Assembly (NCBI RefSeq): GCF_963921235.1
Contig: NC_086101.1
Span: 5,954,001 to 6,018,000, forward strand
DNA length: 64,000 nucleotides
Reading direction: 5' to 3'
Source of the DNA: Mobula hypostoma
Taxonomy: Eukaryota
Of the stretch, positions 63,616 through 64,000 are shown in pieces. The notes beneath the pieces are model-generated. The model was given only the letters and a program-made list of their open reading frames with translations, did not search any database and had not been told where the DNA came from. Position 1 is the first letter of the stretch. Each line of letters begins with the position of its first letter. Made by a program: the position numbers and the translations under genes.

Positions 63616-64000
63616 CTAATAAAGTGGCCGCAGAGTGTATGTTCATGGTCTTCTGCTGCTGTAGCCCGTCCACTTCAAGCTTTGACGTGTTATACATTCA
63701 GAGATGCTCTTCTGCACACTGCTGTTGTAACGTGGTTATCTTAGTTACTGTCACCTTCCTGTCAGCTTGAACCAGTCTGCAAGTCTCCTCTACCTCTCTC
63801 ATTAACAAGGTGTTCCTCTCACAGAACCTGGCACCATTCTCTGTAAACTTTAGAGATTGTTGTGCATGAAAATCTGAGAAGATCAGCATTTTCTGAGACA
63901 CTCTGTCCCGTCTGACAGCAACAATCATTCCATATTTAAAGGTACTTGGATCACATTCCTTCCCCATTCTGATCTTTGATCTGAACAACTGAATTTTTTG
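63616..64000 (-). mobile_element. Tc1/mariner-like transposon fragment
   Basis: MGKECDPSTFKYGMIVAVRR resembles a Tc1 transposase N-terminus; TIR-like CTAATAAAGTGGCC..GAGTGTA. Confidence 0.6.

Overview
Vertebrate genomic DNA. The repeat content (dense CR1 LINEs, Penelope-like elements, V-SINE-like fragments, Rex/Babar LINE) and gene style suggest a cartilaginous fish, probably a ray (inference). Two immune-family genes lie on the minus strand. One is an intact six-coding-exon TRIM gene (RING, B-box, coiled coil, PRY/SPRY; 471 aa reconstructed, 5994-18974). The other is a butyrophilin/B7-like gene with clear IgV and IgC exons, odd splice donors and no recognisable TM or B30.2 exon. Between them is the 3' half of a degenerate class I endogenous retrovirus (RNase H, integrase, env, PPT, 478-bp LTR), split by nested CR1 insertions whose target-site duplications allow reconstruction. 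The right part holds a 4.3-kb polypurine tract and a ~45-copy 96-bp satellite. A non-genic module occurs three times (~1 kb, ~22-25 kb, ~59-62 kb), pointing to cluster growth by segmental duplication. Most other ORFs are TE-derived, antisense or low-complexity artefacts. All calls are by eye, repeat boundaries are approximate, and no wholly new system is demonstrated.
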